64,000 nt of DNA from the NCBI GenBank assembly GCA_013239625.1, contig MU053369.1:159479-223478 (forward strand), given 5' to 3'. Shown here in pieces: positions 13,626 through 27,072 of the stretch (positions within the stretch are counted from its first letter, which is position 1; the number at the start of each line of letters is the position of its first letter). The position numbers and the translations under genes were made by a program. Below the pieces are notes generated by a model, which was given only the letters and a program-made list of their open reading frames with translations, ran no database searches and had not been told where the DNA came from. This stretch comes from Lama guanicoe. Taxonomy: Eukaryota.

Positions 13626-13955
13626 GATATTTGTGTTTTTAGTGGGCATAATGTGTTGGTAGCAGGTACTTTAGCATTGGACACAGTCACCTGCCTCTGA
13701 CCATCACGTTAATAGCTTTCCCCTGAGCTAGAGAGCTAGACAGTCTGTTTTCACAAGTTCAATAAATTATCTACATTTTCTTTTTTCTTAAGAAAAAGGC
13801 ATTAACTCATGTTTCTCTTTAGTATCGCCTATAAATAAAATGTGATTTTATAAACCATTTACCAAAGTGTTAAGGGTAATAAATATTAAGTACAGATTTC
13901 TGAAGCATCAGTCATCACTGAAGATCCACATTCTGTTGTTCTCTGTCTCTGTTAG

Positions 13956-14092
13956 TCACCATACTTCTGGAGTTCTGCAAGTGGCACCAGGCAGAAGTTG
14001 AGTACAAATGGGACACAGTTGAGCAGGAAGAACAAGTCCAGCCAGAATAGGAGGTGCGGTGTCCCCACGTGGAGATAGATGAGATTATCCAG
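13956..14092 (+). pseudogene. ANO6: ANO6 pseudo-exon (~exon 11)
   Basis: ctctgttag|TC ACC ATA CTT CTG GAG TTC... gives TILLEFCKWHQAEVEYKWDTVE--QEEQVQPE*EVRCPHVEIDEIIQ versus ANO6 [47 protein letters not shown]. TAG at 14,048-14,050, a 2-codon deletion, and the donor reads GAAAAG. Confidence 0.92.
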
Positions 14093-14139
14093 GAAAAGCG
14101 GGCACTGTTTTGATGCACTTTAGTCTGTTTACTTCTGGA

Positions 14140-14317
14140 CTTGTCAGCCTTGGCTGCATGTTGGAATCACCAGGGGACCATAAAAAATCTTGGTGCCTGG
14201 ATTCCATCACTGCAAACTCCGATGGTATTTAGTGGCCTGAGGTGCATTCTGGCATAGAGAAGTTTTTAAAGCTCCTCTGGTTATTCTAATGTGCAGCCAA
14301 GGTGAAGAAGCACTGCT
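14140..14317. mobile_element. MER5A-like hAT-Charlie fossil
   Basis: cttggctgcatgttggaatcaccagggg...tttttaaagctcc..tggttattctaatgtgcagccaagg.gaagaagcactg. Confidence 0.75.
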
Positions 14318-15574
14318 GGAATGGTGGACACAGAAGAGAAGTGAGGTCCTTCCTTCATAATAACAGTAAAAAGGGGGAAAAGAAAAAGACTGGTATAAGT
14401 GTATAAGAAAAGAGGCATTGATTTGTATCCTTTCATAACACTAATAAAAAATGCAAAATATAAATTAGCCGCTATGACATGGATGTAGAAGGAAAGACAC
14501 AGTGATTTTTATAGTTGACTCCCATTTTTTCACATGTGCCTTCATTATTGAGGCCTCCTTTTCATCGTAGACTAGGTGCCCCTTTGTCTTGAACTAAGTA
14601 CTGGTCACTGCTCCCCCTTCCGTTTGGGATGTGCACAAAGCAGCATGGCTCTCATCCTAGATAAGTCAGAGAAAGGGTAGAAGAAACAGGGAATTCTTTG
14701 TTGAGGTGTTATCTGTATTTGAGCAGTGTTTGAGGTAGACATTTTATGTAATTGGAAATGTAAATTTATTGCTGCCACTCCTGCTGCAAAATTAAAAAAA
14801 TAAAACTGTATATCTTTGGATTAACATTCCAGAGCTATGAAAAGATGATTTTTGAGTCATTTGTATTATTGCTTCTTTCCATCAGCTGAGATAATTTAGA
14901 GCTGATGGTGCTTGCAGTCAGCAGCAGCAGGACAGTAGGTTGTGAGAATGAATAACTCTTGGNNNNNNNNNNNNNNNNNNNNNNNNNNNNNNNNNNNNNN
15001 NNNNNNNNNNNNNNNNNNNNNNNNNNNNNNNAATAAATTGAAGATCTACAGAATGTTGGCACTGATAAAGGTCTGGAGGGAGCAGGTCAAACTCCTCTTT
15101 TTATAAATGGAAAAAAAATGAGGTTCAGCTACCAATAGAAAGGGACATTTGACTTTTACAATGTAATAAGCTTCTAATAATCCCCATTATGAATAGTTCC
15201 CATTGTTTACAACTGAAGATAGGGGTCAGAGCATATGTTGGTGAAAGACTGTGCATTCAGAGATGAAAGCTGAAACTTAGACAAAATTAGATATTCATAA
15301 TGTTTTTGAGTCCTGAAAAACAAAAACGTATCATATTTGCAACATACAAAAAATACTGAAGAAAAGTTTTTTGGTCACTTAAACTGCCAATTTTAAATTC
15401 AAAATTGCCAACAATTAAGTTTAAATTTTCATTGCAACATGCTTGTTGAAAAATTGAAGATGAAGACTCATTTTCACTTTATCATTCTTCCTTATTTAAA
15501 AAATTAATTTTTTTTATTTTTTTAATTGAAGAGTTTTACCTTAATTGCAAATGCATGCTCCATTGTTTAGAGAG

Positions 15575-15820
15575 GCCAGCGTTGTGGTGGTGAGACCTTG
15601 GGAATAAAGTTGCCTAAATTCATATTTGAACACAGCAGCTTGCTTCCTGAGTGATCTTGGACAACTTAACTTCTCTGTGCCAGAGTTTCCTATAAAATAA
15701 GAATAAGAGAGTTGCTTCCTCATCACTGTGGTATGGACGGGTCAAATTAACGTACAGAATCTACTTGGAAGACTTCCTGGCCCAGAGGAAGGGCCAGGTA
15801 CTTAGTGACAGCTATTATTA
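15575..15820 (+). mobile_element. MIR SINE (further MIR remnants near 11,290-11,430, 18,980-19,100, 19,420-19,640, 22,700-22,920 and 36,740-36,940)
   Basis: MIR core gtgatcttggacaacttaacttctctgtgccagagtttcctataaaat. Confidence 0.65.
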
Positions 15821-16411
15821 TACTGTATCTGTTTTTATTATCCAGGTAAAACATGAGTCTTACTGATTTCATCTTTAAAAATGAAATCTAAATATAAACT
15901 CTAAAATGGAAACGCTAAAACTTCATAGTTGTAGCTAATTAACACATAAAGCTCAACCAAGAAACACACAGTGGAGACCAGTTACCTGCAGACACCTGTG
16001 AAACTTCCTGTCCTGCACGGACTCTAAGCTGCCACTACCGTCACTTCTGAAATCTAAGGCAAGCTCAGGAATAGAGCTTTACACCTTGGCCTCGTCAGGT
16101 ACCCAGACCCCTAAGCTCAGACCAACAGACCCCTAAGACCATGGCAGGGAAACAGTTTGCTGTTCACATGTGCATTTTCAAAAAATAGTATTAAAATGAA
16201 CACTGTACGTATTTTGTTGTGTGTTTGACATCGTTAACAGAAAAGAAAAGGGAAAAAAAAGGAAAAAAAACCCATGCACTTACAAATAAGGAGGCTATGT
16301 CTGAAAATTACTACTTTTTTTAAATTATGTTTCGGATTTAGTGACCAGTTAGGAGAAAAATCATTTCATTGATGTAATCCCTTGATTGACTAAACTTGTT
16401 TTTTTAATTAG

Positions 16412-16459
16412 GAAAAAAGAGTGTTTCCCTTTTCCCCCCGGGGAAAAGTGTATACATAA
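16412..16459 (+). pseudogene. ANO6: ANO6 pseudo-exon (~exon 12), 5' part only, runs into an N gap
   Basis: ttttttaattag|GAAAAAAGAGTGTTTCCCTTTTCCCCCCGGGGAAAAGTGTATACAT approximates EKECFPFPPGEKCIH with one frameshift, versus EEERIPFTAWGKCIR. It lies at the expected position between exons 11 and 13. Confidence 0.65.
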
Positions 16460-16799
16460 NNNNNNNNNNNNNNNNNNNNNNNNNNNNNNNNNNNNNNNNN
16501 NNNNNNNTTTTAAAATCTAATGTGAAATGCTGAGAAAACTGAAAGTCAAGCTGGGAACTATGTAGTCTCATAGAGAAAACTTTTTCCAGAGAACATCTGA
16601 GCCAACGCAGGGCGCCACTCTGGAGGTTCCACAGTCTCCTCTGCTCACAGTGCTTCCCCCAATTCCTTTCACCTCATTTGTTCAAATCAGATCAGTGGTT
16701 TAGGATTCTCCAGGGTCTCATTAGGAGACCAGATGGAGGCATTAAGAATTCTAAAATTTTCCAAGATTAACAACCAAGGTAAAATGTCTAAGATAGCCT

Positions 16800-18020
16800 A
16801 ACAAAAGGATAGTAGGAACTATCAAAAAAAAAAAGTAAAAACTACTGAAAGATATAAAAGATGCATTAATCACATGATTCTAATTAAAAGATCATATCTC
16901 CAAAATATCAGAAATTATAAAAATGATTTGGGGTTTATTGTGAATAAAATCATATTAGTAATATAATAATTAATAAAGATAATGAGAGTTTTACTAGTTC
17001 AAGAATAGCCAGATCAGAAAATAGGAAATGAAGTCCAGATATGGGCTCTGATATTGATAATAAATTAATATAAGAGATGAAAGGCATTACAAATCAGGGA
17101 GATAAATAAAGGTTATTCAGTAAATGGAACACTTCTTAGCTACTTGGGGGGAAAAGAAAAGATTGAAATCATACAGTGAACCATATATTGTGATAAATTC
17201 CAGAAACATTTAAAAAAGTAACACAATTAGAAAAAAACTAGAAATAAATATGTATGAATATACAACCTCTATATGAGCACTAAGTTTCAGAGGAAAATAT
17301 ATAAAGATTTCCATGCATCAGAAGCATCCTAATTTTAAACAAAACACCAGAGGATGTTATTTGCTTACAAATCCAACAGGGGATAATTCCTTCAATACAT
17401 AGAGAGTTCAGATCACTTCAAAGGTAACATCAAAAAATCTCAGGAGCGTAGAAGGCAGAGAAGATGAACACACCTTCACAAAGGAAAAAATAGATGTCAC
17501 AGTCCAATGGTAATTCAGTCAGTGCACATCAGAATGAAATAGTTTTCCACCTCACAACTGACACAGCTCTGTTTATGAGGATGAAGTGCCAGTGATCACC
17601 AATCCCAAGCCTAGGTTACTGGATATTTTTTGTGAAGTATGATTGATTTACAATGCTGTGTTAATTTCTGGTGTACTCCTCCAGCCTTCTTAGAAAGCAG
17701 TCTGGCAGTTCATATCAAGAGGCAAAAATATTCATATGCTTTAATCCACTAATTCAGCTTTGAAAAACTCTTAATCAGGAAGTACTTCAAAATGGCAGGG
17801 GAAAGTCAGTATTGATGCATGTCACAGACATAACTTTTCTATGTATATATATATAAAATCTTAGCCAAAATATTCTTCCACCCCTTCACATAGTAGAATA
17901 TTATGCAGCCATGAAAAAGTGTGTTCATGAAAATATTTTATGACAAGTCAAATTGTTATGCTTATGACAAGCTTGAGAATAAAATTAATATATAAAATGA
18001 TTTGTAATATACAAACAATG
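16800..18020 (+). mobile_element. Ancient degraded L1 (L1ME-like) fragments
   Basis: A-rich strand with decayed ORF2 and 3' motifs (ataaattccaga, agaatattatgcagccatgaaaaag). Boundaries are approximate. Confidence 0.55.
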
Positions 18021-20601
18021 CACAATTCTGAAGGAATTAGGTCTACAGGTAGAAGTATTTTTCTTATTTTATTGTTTATTCATTTTCAGAGTTCGAGTCT
18101 TTTGATTGTAGGTGACAAAATCAATCTCCAATGCGCTTAAACAACAACCAAAAAATGGTGATGCATGGGATTTATTGGTTTCTGTAAATGAAAACCTCAG
18201 GTCTGAGGTCTGGCTTCAGTCGAGGAGAGATACTGTAGCCCAGATGATGTCATGGGCTGCTTTTGTCCTGTCTTCATTCTGTGTCCAAGGAAGTCTCAGA
18301 ATGCTGCTTCTAGGCACTCAGCATCCCAGATCATCCATCCAAACCAAGAGAGGTCTCTTTTGGCAGCTTCCTTTCTTGATAGGGGAAGCTTATCATTCAC
18401 ATGGGCACCAGCACGTATCTCCTCACATAATAGTGGCTCTTACTGGGTTATTTGCCAATTCTCAAATCATGTGTGAGGCCAATAGAATGAGGGGTATTTT
18501 TTGTCTTAAGCCAACTGAGATCTACCTATGGTGCATCAGAAAGAGTGGGTCAATCAAAATTAAATCACAGGACTAAAAACAGAAGGGAGGTTATTTATAC
18601 TAAAGCAAAATCTAAGTCCTCTTCTAAGACTGGGGACAGATCCAGGACAGCAGTTCTGTCCACTACTGAGTATTATCAAATTTTCTTTAATGAGCAAATA
18701 TTAGAGTTATGATCAGAAAAGATGATAAGTAAGAAGGAACTTGAGGAAGGAGAATGGAAAGCTTTCCTGTTTCTTAAGAAATATTGAAACCATTAAGTGC
18801 TTGGAAGAAAAATGGAAATGTGTCAAGTTTGTAAAAGTTCTGAAATGAATGAGAATTGATTTCACAGACCATGTAGGAGACAGTGCTCTATACTTAGTGT
18901 GTCATTGGGCTCTTTGAGTATTTCAGTTCTTTCATTTAATAGTTGCTTCATTTGGGGAAAATTGCATCATCCCCACATGGCTCTATTTCCTCATCTGTAA
19001 AAGAGATATAATATTACCTTCCCTACAGGGTGATTGTGAGGATTTAGAAAAATAGATGTGTGCTGAAGCAATAGTAAGCATTTAAAGAATCTTAACTATT
19101 ATGATTACTTAATACATAATTAAAAAATTATTATGCAGACTTTTTAAAAATGCATACTATTTAAATGGCCTCTATGTGCTGTACAAGAGAGGAAGGCTTA
19201 ATATACATTCTATAATACATTTTTCTCAGCCTTAACTAATTTTCACATTTAATCACACACACACCAAAAAGTTATTCTTTTCACAAGCATGAAGCCCTGT
19301 GAAGAAAAGGATGATGAAAGAGTATAGAGGAGGAAATAAAATGTTTTCTCTACAAACTGATGGCTTAAAAACTAAGAGAAACAACTTTTTAAGACTGTGG
19401 TCACCATATGCATAGCTAATACTTAGGTAGAGTTTTTCACATGCCTGCGGTTAATGTTCCAATTGTTTTCACAATTAGTAAATCATTGACTCATCACAAT
19501 AGTCCTATAAATTGCTATTATTATCCCCCCATTATATGGGTGAGGAGATTGAAGCCCCTAGAGGTTAAGAAATTTGCACAAGGCCCCACAGCTAGCATCA
19601 GAGCTGGGATCCAGATGCAGGAGTGTGGCTCCAGGAGGGGCTTGCAAACACTCCTCTGCTCTCCCCTGCAGGTGCAAGCCAGCCGCCCGCTGTTACTGTA
19701 AATAACATGATGTGGTTCACTTAGTCTTGAAATTCACATTCTTTGNNNNNNNNNNNNNNNNNNNNNNNNNNNNNNNNNNNNNNNNNNNNNNNNNNNNNNN
19801 NNNNNNNNNNNNNNNNNNNNNNNNNNNNNNNNNNNNNNNNNNNNNNNNNNNNNNNNNNNNNNNNNNNNNNNNNNNNNNNNNNNNNNNNNNNNNNNNNNNN
19901 NNNNNNNNNNNNNNNNNNNNNNNNNNNNNNNNNNNNNAAGGAGTATGAAAGCATGTGAAGCTTCCATCAGCAGAGACCTGCTGTCACTTCCACTATTTCC
20001 CTCAGGGCATGTCCACAGCCTCACTGGTCCTATTCATAATGAAGGTGACATCTAGCACCTGTCAACCCCTGAATCAGTGATAGGTTCCCCCTTGAAAGGA
20101 AGCATATCCCCTTCATGGATTACAACTAGTTCATAACCTAAGTAATTCTATAGATGTAGAAGGGGTATTTTCATTGGTTCTGCTGTCACAGACTTGTCTC
20201 CAAAAGAACATGCCACCAGTCACTCCATTTTCAGCCATTTAAAGATATACTTAACAGGCTTCCTTCTTTAGTGCAGTTTTAGGTTTACAGAAAAATTCAC
20301 AGAAAGTGGAGTTCCCATATATTCCCTATGCCCTACACACAGCTGCTCCTGCTGTCAGCATGTTACATTAGTGGATGCACTCATTCTTTTTGACATCCTT
20401 CATTCCTCTTCCCCTAAAGTTTAACATGCATAATATTCACGTCTCTTGTGGCATTTATGTGTGATTTACATCACTTCTCACGTTTATGTGAGGTTTACAG
20501 CACATGCATTTAGTCTGTTTAAGCGTGGGTTGGGGGCAAGTTTTCTGTGTAAAAATACAATCATTAGTGAGTCTAATGCTGCTGGGTTTCGGGATTGTCA
20601 G

Positions 20602-20828
20602 GTCCTGTTGACCATTGCTTCAGTTATTGGGAGCACTGTCTATGGACTTTCAGTGTTCATTGTATTTTCTGCAAAACTTCCCAAGAACCTGAATGGAAGA
20701 GACCCAATCCAGAAGTACCTGACTGTGCAGGTGGGCCACGCCCATCACTGCTTCCCTCACCAGTTTTATCATCATCGTGACCCTGAGCGCCATATATGAG
20801 ACAGTGGCAATCATGATGACTGAGTCTG
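20602..20828 (+). pseudogene. ANO6: ANO6 pseudo-exon (~exon 13)
   Basis: gtcag|GTC CTG TTG... gives VLLTIASVIGSTVYGLSVFIVFSAKLPKNLNGRDPIQKYLTVQV(+1)ATPITASLTSFIIIVTLSAIYETVAIMMTES, then |gtaagc. 227 bp, with a +1 frameshift near 20,734. Confidence 0.95.
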
Positions 20829-21906
20829 GTAAGCTCCTCCTGCAGCTGAGGTCATTTCTACACCAGTTTTAGAACCAAGTCAAAACAGAGACTATCTATT
20901 AGGCACTTCAATTCCAGTACATTACAGTCTTTACAAAACTTCAAGTGTAAACATAATTTCTCTAGCCTATGTGAGAAGTGAATTAGCTCCAGCTTTGCAT
21001 TTGTAAAAGGGACAAAGGAAGCATTAGAATGTACAAGCTCTGTGTAAACAGGTCAGTGCTTAATAATAATTTCAATTACATTAGATCATGTACCCTATTG
21101 TTGAAAGTAAATAGTCTCTGTATTGCAAATAAGTGGAAGAGGGTCGTGGTTCCAGAGGCAGATTTTCTTGTGCATTATGGAGAGGACAAGTAATCACACT
21201 GTTATGTGTCTTCCCCCCATGCTGTTCCTGTTAGTGCAGCTCCATTCTCATCAGCTGTGGCTTCTATAATAAATGTTTCTTCTCTCTGGCTTGTATCCCA
21301 GCCAGTGGCTTAGCGGCCCAAGTTAAGTGCTTCCCACACGCTGCATGTGGCTGGGTCGTTCTCCCAGTGGTCTGCTCAGTGGTCATCTTCTGAAAACACC
21401 AAGACCAATTCAAATTCTGAACTAGGAGGATGATCCGTTTTATGTTCCCCAAATGCTTCTAGCAAGTTGCCCCGTGTTTTGTTTATTTTCTTCAATAGTC
21501 CTACCTTCCTGCCATTCAGGAAGACAAGAGAATATAATTTAGCAAGATGTTTAAAAGTAGCTTTCTGTCAACTNNNNNNNNNNNNNNNNNNNNNNNNNNN
21601 NNNNNNNNNNNNNNNNNNNNNNNNNNNNNNNNNNNNNNNNNNNNNNNNNNNNNNNNNNTTTTTTTTTTTTTTGCCTTGTGGGATATTGCGTTCATAGCGG
21701 GAGAAATTCTTACAACAGTGTGTACACTTGGAATTAACATAGTAGCTATGTTAAGGAATTCAAAACACCTTAAATGAAAACAGTGTGAATTGTGTATATA
21801 TATATATACATATTTACCGTGTTAACCCATGTGTCCGTGGCTTTGATTAGGGTCTCAAAGCCATTCACAGTTTTGTAGACTTAACTTTTCTTTATTCTAG
21901 CTGCAG

Positions 21907-22071
21907 AGCTCCCAAGGACCAGACTGTGAGAACAACCTAGCCATGAAGGTGTTCTTGTTCCAGTTTGTCAACTACTATTCCTCATGATTCTACATCACAT
22001 TCTTTAAGGGCAGATTTGTGACTTAGCCGGGAGATCTGGTGTATTGGCTGTGAAAATGCAGAAATGAAGAG
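21907..22071 (+). pseudogene. ANO6: ANO6 pseudo-exon (~exon 14)
   Basis: ctgcag|AG CTC CCA AGG ACC... gives LPRT(frameshift)[45 protein letters not shown], then |gtgtga. Stops at 21,985, 22,024 and 22,051. Confidence 0.95.
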
Positions 22072-22243
22072 GTGTGAATACAGCTTTGTGTTCTGACAGT
22101 CTAACCTGTTTCATGTTTTCTCTTAGTTGCCCAATGGAGAGTGTCTTTACACTCTGTTCCTTTTTTTTAGGCATAAAATAATGACTTTATTTCATGTTAG
22201 AGCTATCTAAAATTTAAATGAGATTTTCCTTCTAATATTCCAG

Positions 22244-22341
22244 TGTGACCCAGGTGGCTGTCTCCTTGAACTGATGACACAGCTGACAATAATCATGGGA
22301 GGACAGTCCATCTGGAATAACATACAAGAAGTGTTACTTCC
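22244..22341 (+). pseudogene. ANO6: ANO6 pseudo-exon (~exon 15)
   Basis: ttccag|TGT GAC CCA GGT... gives [33 protein letters not shown]. The 98-bp frame is open, but the donor is mutated to ATGAGT. Confidence 0.96.
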
Positions 22342-23171
22342 ATGAGTACTCAGTCATGAGATCTTGAGGTGAGAACGGCTTACCCATCCACGTCATTTTC
22401 CTGCGTGCCCATCTCTAAAACAGGGGAGACTCTCTGCTTATTAAAGCTCTCCAGATAAGATGATCCAGCCAACAGTGTAAACGTACCTGCTGTTTAATAA
22501 TTATGCTTAAATACCTTCCTTTTTATGTTTAACTTAAATCCCCAAGTGCTATAGTTTCTGCTTATTAGCCCATCACTGGGGACTGACTGATCAGAGCCCT
22601 TTGAGAGATGGCCCTTTTTGGGGCCGTGAACTGAGTTTTCCCACAAGTCCCCACAACTTTCTCCTCCTTTTATACATGCATTTAAAAATCCATAACAGGA
22701 ATTTGTTGAGTGCCTAGTATGTGCTAGTCACTGTATTAAATATACATATATGTATGTGTGCGTGTGTGTGTGTGTACAATTTAATCACCCAAACAAACCT
22801 TATTCTTATCTTCCTTTTGCAAATGAAGATCCTGTGACTTAAAGAGGGTAAATGATTTGCCTAAGCTCTCATTGCCGATAAGAGACCACTGTGGGACTCA
22901 GATGTAAGACCCTATCTCTCTGAATCCATGTTCTTCTAAGAACAGAGACTCTCTTGGGGTCCTAAGGCACGGGGTTACATAATGTTTTAAGAGACACTTG
23001 TCTAGAATAATATCTACATAGGTTTTGACTTAATGTTCTCTTCCTAAAAATGAAAAAAGCAGATGTTAGCAAAGGTCACACTGTCCTTTTGATTTTCACA
23101 TAAGCCCAATCCCACATCAAAGTGGACAGTCCAGGGTTATCTGCAATTTCTGAACATTTCAAGGAGCTTAC

Positions 23172-23695
23172 TGTATTCTCTTTCTGTTGCTGTTGTAACA
23201 AGTATCCCCAAACATCATGGTAGTAGGAAGAAAAAAGAAAAAGTCTCCACTAAACAACACAAATTTAACCACGTATTGTTCTTGAATGCAGAAGCCTGCT
23301 GAAGTCAAAGTATTGGCAGGGCTGTTTCTAAAGGCCTCAGGGGAACCTGTATCTTTGACTTTTCCGGTTTCCAGAGGCTATCTGCATCTCTTGGCCTGTG
23401 ACCTCTTTTCTCTCTCTAAGTTCAGCATGGTTGTGTGTCTCTGACTCTGATTCTGTGGTCACGTCTCCTCTCCTCTCTCTCCACTTCTGCCTCCATCTTC
23501 CTCCTTTAACGGCCCTGGTGATTACACTGGGCCCACCTATATAATCCAGCTCGTCTCTCTTAGGGTCGGCTGGTTAGCAATCTTAACTGCTTCTGCAACC
23601 ATCGGCCCCCTTTGCCAGGGAACTTGACCTCTTCATATATTCTGGGGATTAGGACATAGACATCTTGTGGGGGGATCATTTTTCTGCCTACCACA
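23172..23695 (-). mobile_element. MaLR MLT1-type solo LTR
   Basis: gctgttgtaacaa...aaacaacacaaattta...gattacactgggcccacc..ataatccag...gggattaggacatagacatct...ctgcctaccaca. Confidence 0.85.
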
Positions 23696-26600
23696 ATAAC
23701 TTTTTTAAGATAATTTTTGGCTTTGAGTTTCTGTTCTCATGAAACTCTTGATCTCTCTTCTATCTTGCCTTCCACACCAGCATTCTGCTCTTGGCAAACC
23801 TAACTGCAGAGCTCACCCCTCTCTGTGGTGTCCATCAAAACCACTTACACAAGTAGGCCTTACTGTTTTTTGGAGCATGGAGGAAAAACTCAAGCAACTT
23901 GAATTTTGAAATAAGAAACCTCCATCATTTTAAAATCTTTCATGCCACTATAAAAAAATTTCATTTTTTTAACTTCGTTTTTTAATTTTTAAACTATTTT
24001 AAACTTTGTTACTTTTTTTAAACTTTACTTTTTTCTTATCAATCTTCATTGTAGGCTCCAGAAACCTGCTATTCTGCCTACCGCATCCAAGTTCCCTTTC
24101 ATTGTTTCTCCTCCCTTCCCTAACCTTCCTTCTCTCTCCCTTATTACCAAGTTTCTGTCCATTCTCTTTATAGGGCAGTTAAATTATTTTTTCTTTCTTT
24201 CTTTCTGTTTTTGCCGAGTGAACACCTTTGGGTGTCACTGTGTCCTTCCAGATTTCTTCACAAGGGCTTCCTCTTCCAGCTTCAGTGTGAACTGCCGAGG
24301 TCTGTCTCTAAACAAAGGCATTTCCCTTGTCCCCCAGCTCACCACGCCCCTCAAAAAAAACAAGATTCTGATCTTTGCTGTGAAATGAATCTTTTTTTTC
24401 CCCTACTGTGTAGTAGATAACTCTTATCCTGATCTCACAGTCAGATTTTTCCAGAGGAGTAAAAGTAGCTCATGTGCAAATAATACTATTTTTCTCTATG
24501 AAAAGAAATAGATCAGATAGAGGAAATACTTAACTCAGATTACTCAAAAGCGTTTCCTGAATGAAATAGGTTAATTATTTAACACTAAATTTGGTTGAAT
24601 CTGGTTATCAGTGAGCTATTTTTACCAATCAAGGAGAAGAATATATTTCCTAAATTGGTACTGAGCAAATCATATGAAATGAAACTTGCTCACATGAACT
24701 AGTTTAAAGTAAAGGATGCATTATAGTATCTGTGTTCTGTTTATACCTTCGCCTAAATAAGCACATTGCTGTATGTTCCAGTGAGCTGAACTTTGCCTCC
24801 ATATATTTCTACTATGGGCTAAAATATTTAGGGAATATGTTTTGAATTATGTTTCCCTTCTTTGAAAACCAGAAATGCTGAATGGTAGCCAAGTTCGAGA
24901 GTGGCTTGTGTTTTCCTCACTGCCTCTTCTCTTTGTATAAGGTGCCAGTTTCCTTCTTAATTTTCCATATAAAATCCTAACATACCAAAGATCTATCAAT
25001 TAATCTTGCTGCACCAAAACTATACCCATCCTCAAAAATACATAGGAGGGGAAAAGAAAACTCATCAAAGTTAGCGACTATTTTCACGCTATTTAAATAT
25101 GTCTAAAGGAACATAATGAAATGAATTTCACCATAACTCACCTGCCTCCAACCCCCCAATTCCATATGGGGTTCTTGAGTAGGATTCAGGGAGCAAATGA
25201 AGAAGGACAGTGATGCCGTGATCCAGGCTCCCTCTGGGGTCCCCCAGCACTTGGATCGGCACCTGGTATAAAGTAGGTCTCAGTCCGAGCCAGCTGAGTG
25301 AGTGAGCAACTCACAGGCATTGAATGCGTAACATCAGTGAATTAACAGCATTCTTTGTAGGACTCAGAGAATAAGCTGAGAGCCCTGTGGCCTTCCCAGC
25401 CTCACATACTATTTTGATAATTGGGGTCATCTCTGGGAATTTTATTCTATACTTGACAAAAGGCTAGTACAATTCCAGGATTAAGCAACTTGCCGTAGGG
25501 AAATTTTATGATAAAATATTAGGAAAAATAGTTAAATGCCCAAAATGACATAGCATTGTCCTTTGGTGTTTAGATAATGTATGGCTGTAATTTTCTTACT
25601 TTATATGTTTTCTACATTTTCAACCGTGGTTATGCACTACTATATAATAAGAAAAAGCAGATGTTTAAGAGAAAATCTTTCTTCTCCAGATGTGATTTGG
25701 TTAGAGGATGAGTCAGATACATTTAATAAGAGAATCTTAAATACATGTGTCCATAATTCACTCTTTACATTCGGGAACAGAAAACTCAGGAATGAAATAG
25801 ATTAAGAGAATCAAAGATACTTGTATTCAAGATTAGCAAGTGGGAGTGTCCTCAACAGAAATAGTGGTAATCTATAATGTAGGGATTAGATGTGATAATG
25901 AAGGTACAAAGACATGAAGTAGAAAATGCCACGTGGCAAGCACTGAGTAAAGGGCAATTTACTATGATTATGCCAATATGTGTGGTCAATTCCCAAGCAA
26001 ATGATTGTGTAACCCCTGTAAGAGGGAGAAAGCTTCCAGCCTTGGCTGGAAAGGGGGGCGGATCCAGTGTCTGTATTTTTTAAAATGTCCACAGGTGCTT
26101 CTCATGTGCAAATTGATATCCCTGCGTGAGAACCGTAACCCAACAGAAAACCCAAAAGACCGAGGACAATGATGGGTAGAAGACAGCCCAAGCTTTTCTG
26201 CCGCAGATGAGTGGTTCCACGCAGGAAGACTGAGCAAGAGGCTCAGAGGCTTAGCTAAGGACAAGCAAGTCGGGACTTCTAATACGACCTAATGCCATCA
26301 ACGGGGGAGGGCAGTTCAGCACAAGAAGGGAGCGCCAGGTGAGTTAACATGGAAGTTTCATCCTGGATCCATACCGTGATGGATTTGGGTCCAGGAGGGT
26401 AAAAGCCCTGTTTCCCTGGGGCATGGACCGGATTCCACAAGAGGCTGAGACAGGAAGTATGAGGCAGAGAAAAATTCCCCCAGGAGACTCCCGAGTCTGG
26501 GTGACGGAGGGTGATGGACGAGCGCGGTCCAGCGCCACCCGCACCGCAGGGCTCCGAGGGGCTGCGGAGCTGCGCGCTCCCGGCCGGACCTCAGACCTGC

Positions 26601-26900
26601 CTGCAGCGCTCCGGGCTGCGGCCTGGGGAGCGGCATCAGCAGCAGGCTGGCCCCGTCATTCTCGTAGGTGCTGCAGTGACCTCCACCCCTGTGGCCACGG
26701 TGTTCCCAAGCCAAGGGTCTAAGTGACTTCAACCCTATTTACATGTGACCACAGCCGGTTAGCCTGTGCTGCTCAAAAGGAAGACCCCACATGGGGTTTT
26801 GATGTTTCAGGGGGGTTGCTAATACCTGGCCTGCTTTGAATCGTTTCATCCTGACAGCAGCCTGGGCCGTGGAAGTTTCATCTCCCAATTTTATTTCTAG

Positions 26901-27072
26901 TTTTTTTGTTGAAAGTATAGTTGGATTACAATATTGTGTTAATTCTTGGTGTACAGCATAGTGATTCACTTATACATACATGTATACATATTCCTTGTCA
27001 TATTCTTTTTCACTATAGGCTATTAAAAGTTATTGATGTATTTCCCTGTGCAATACAGTAGGACCTTGTTGT
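26901..27072 (-). mobile_element. Truncated artiodactyl-type L1 3' end
   Basis: gtatagttggattacaatattgtgttaatt..ggtgtacagcatagtgattca...ttccctgtgcaatacagtaggaccttgttg. Confidence 0.85.
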
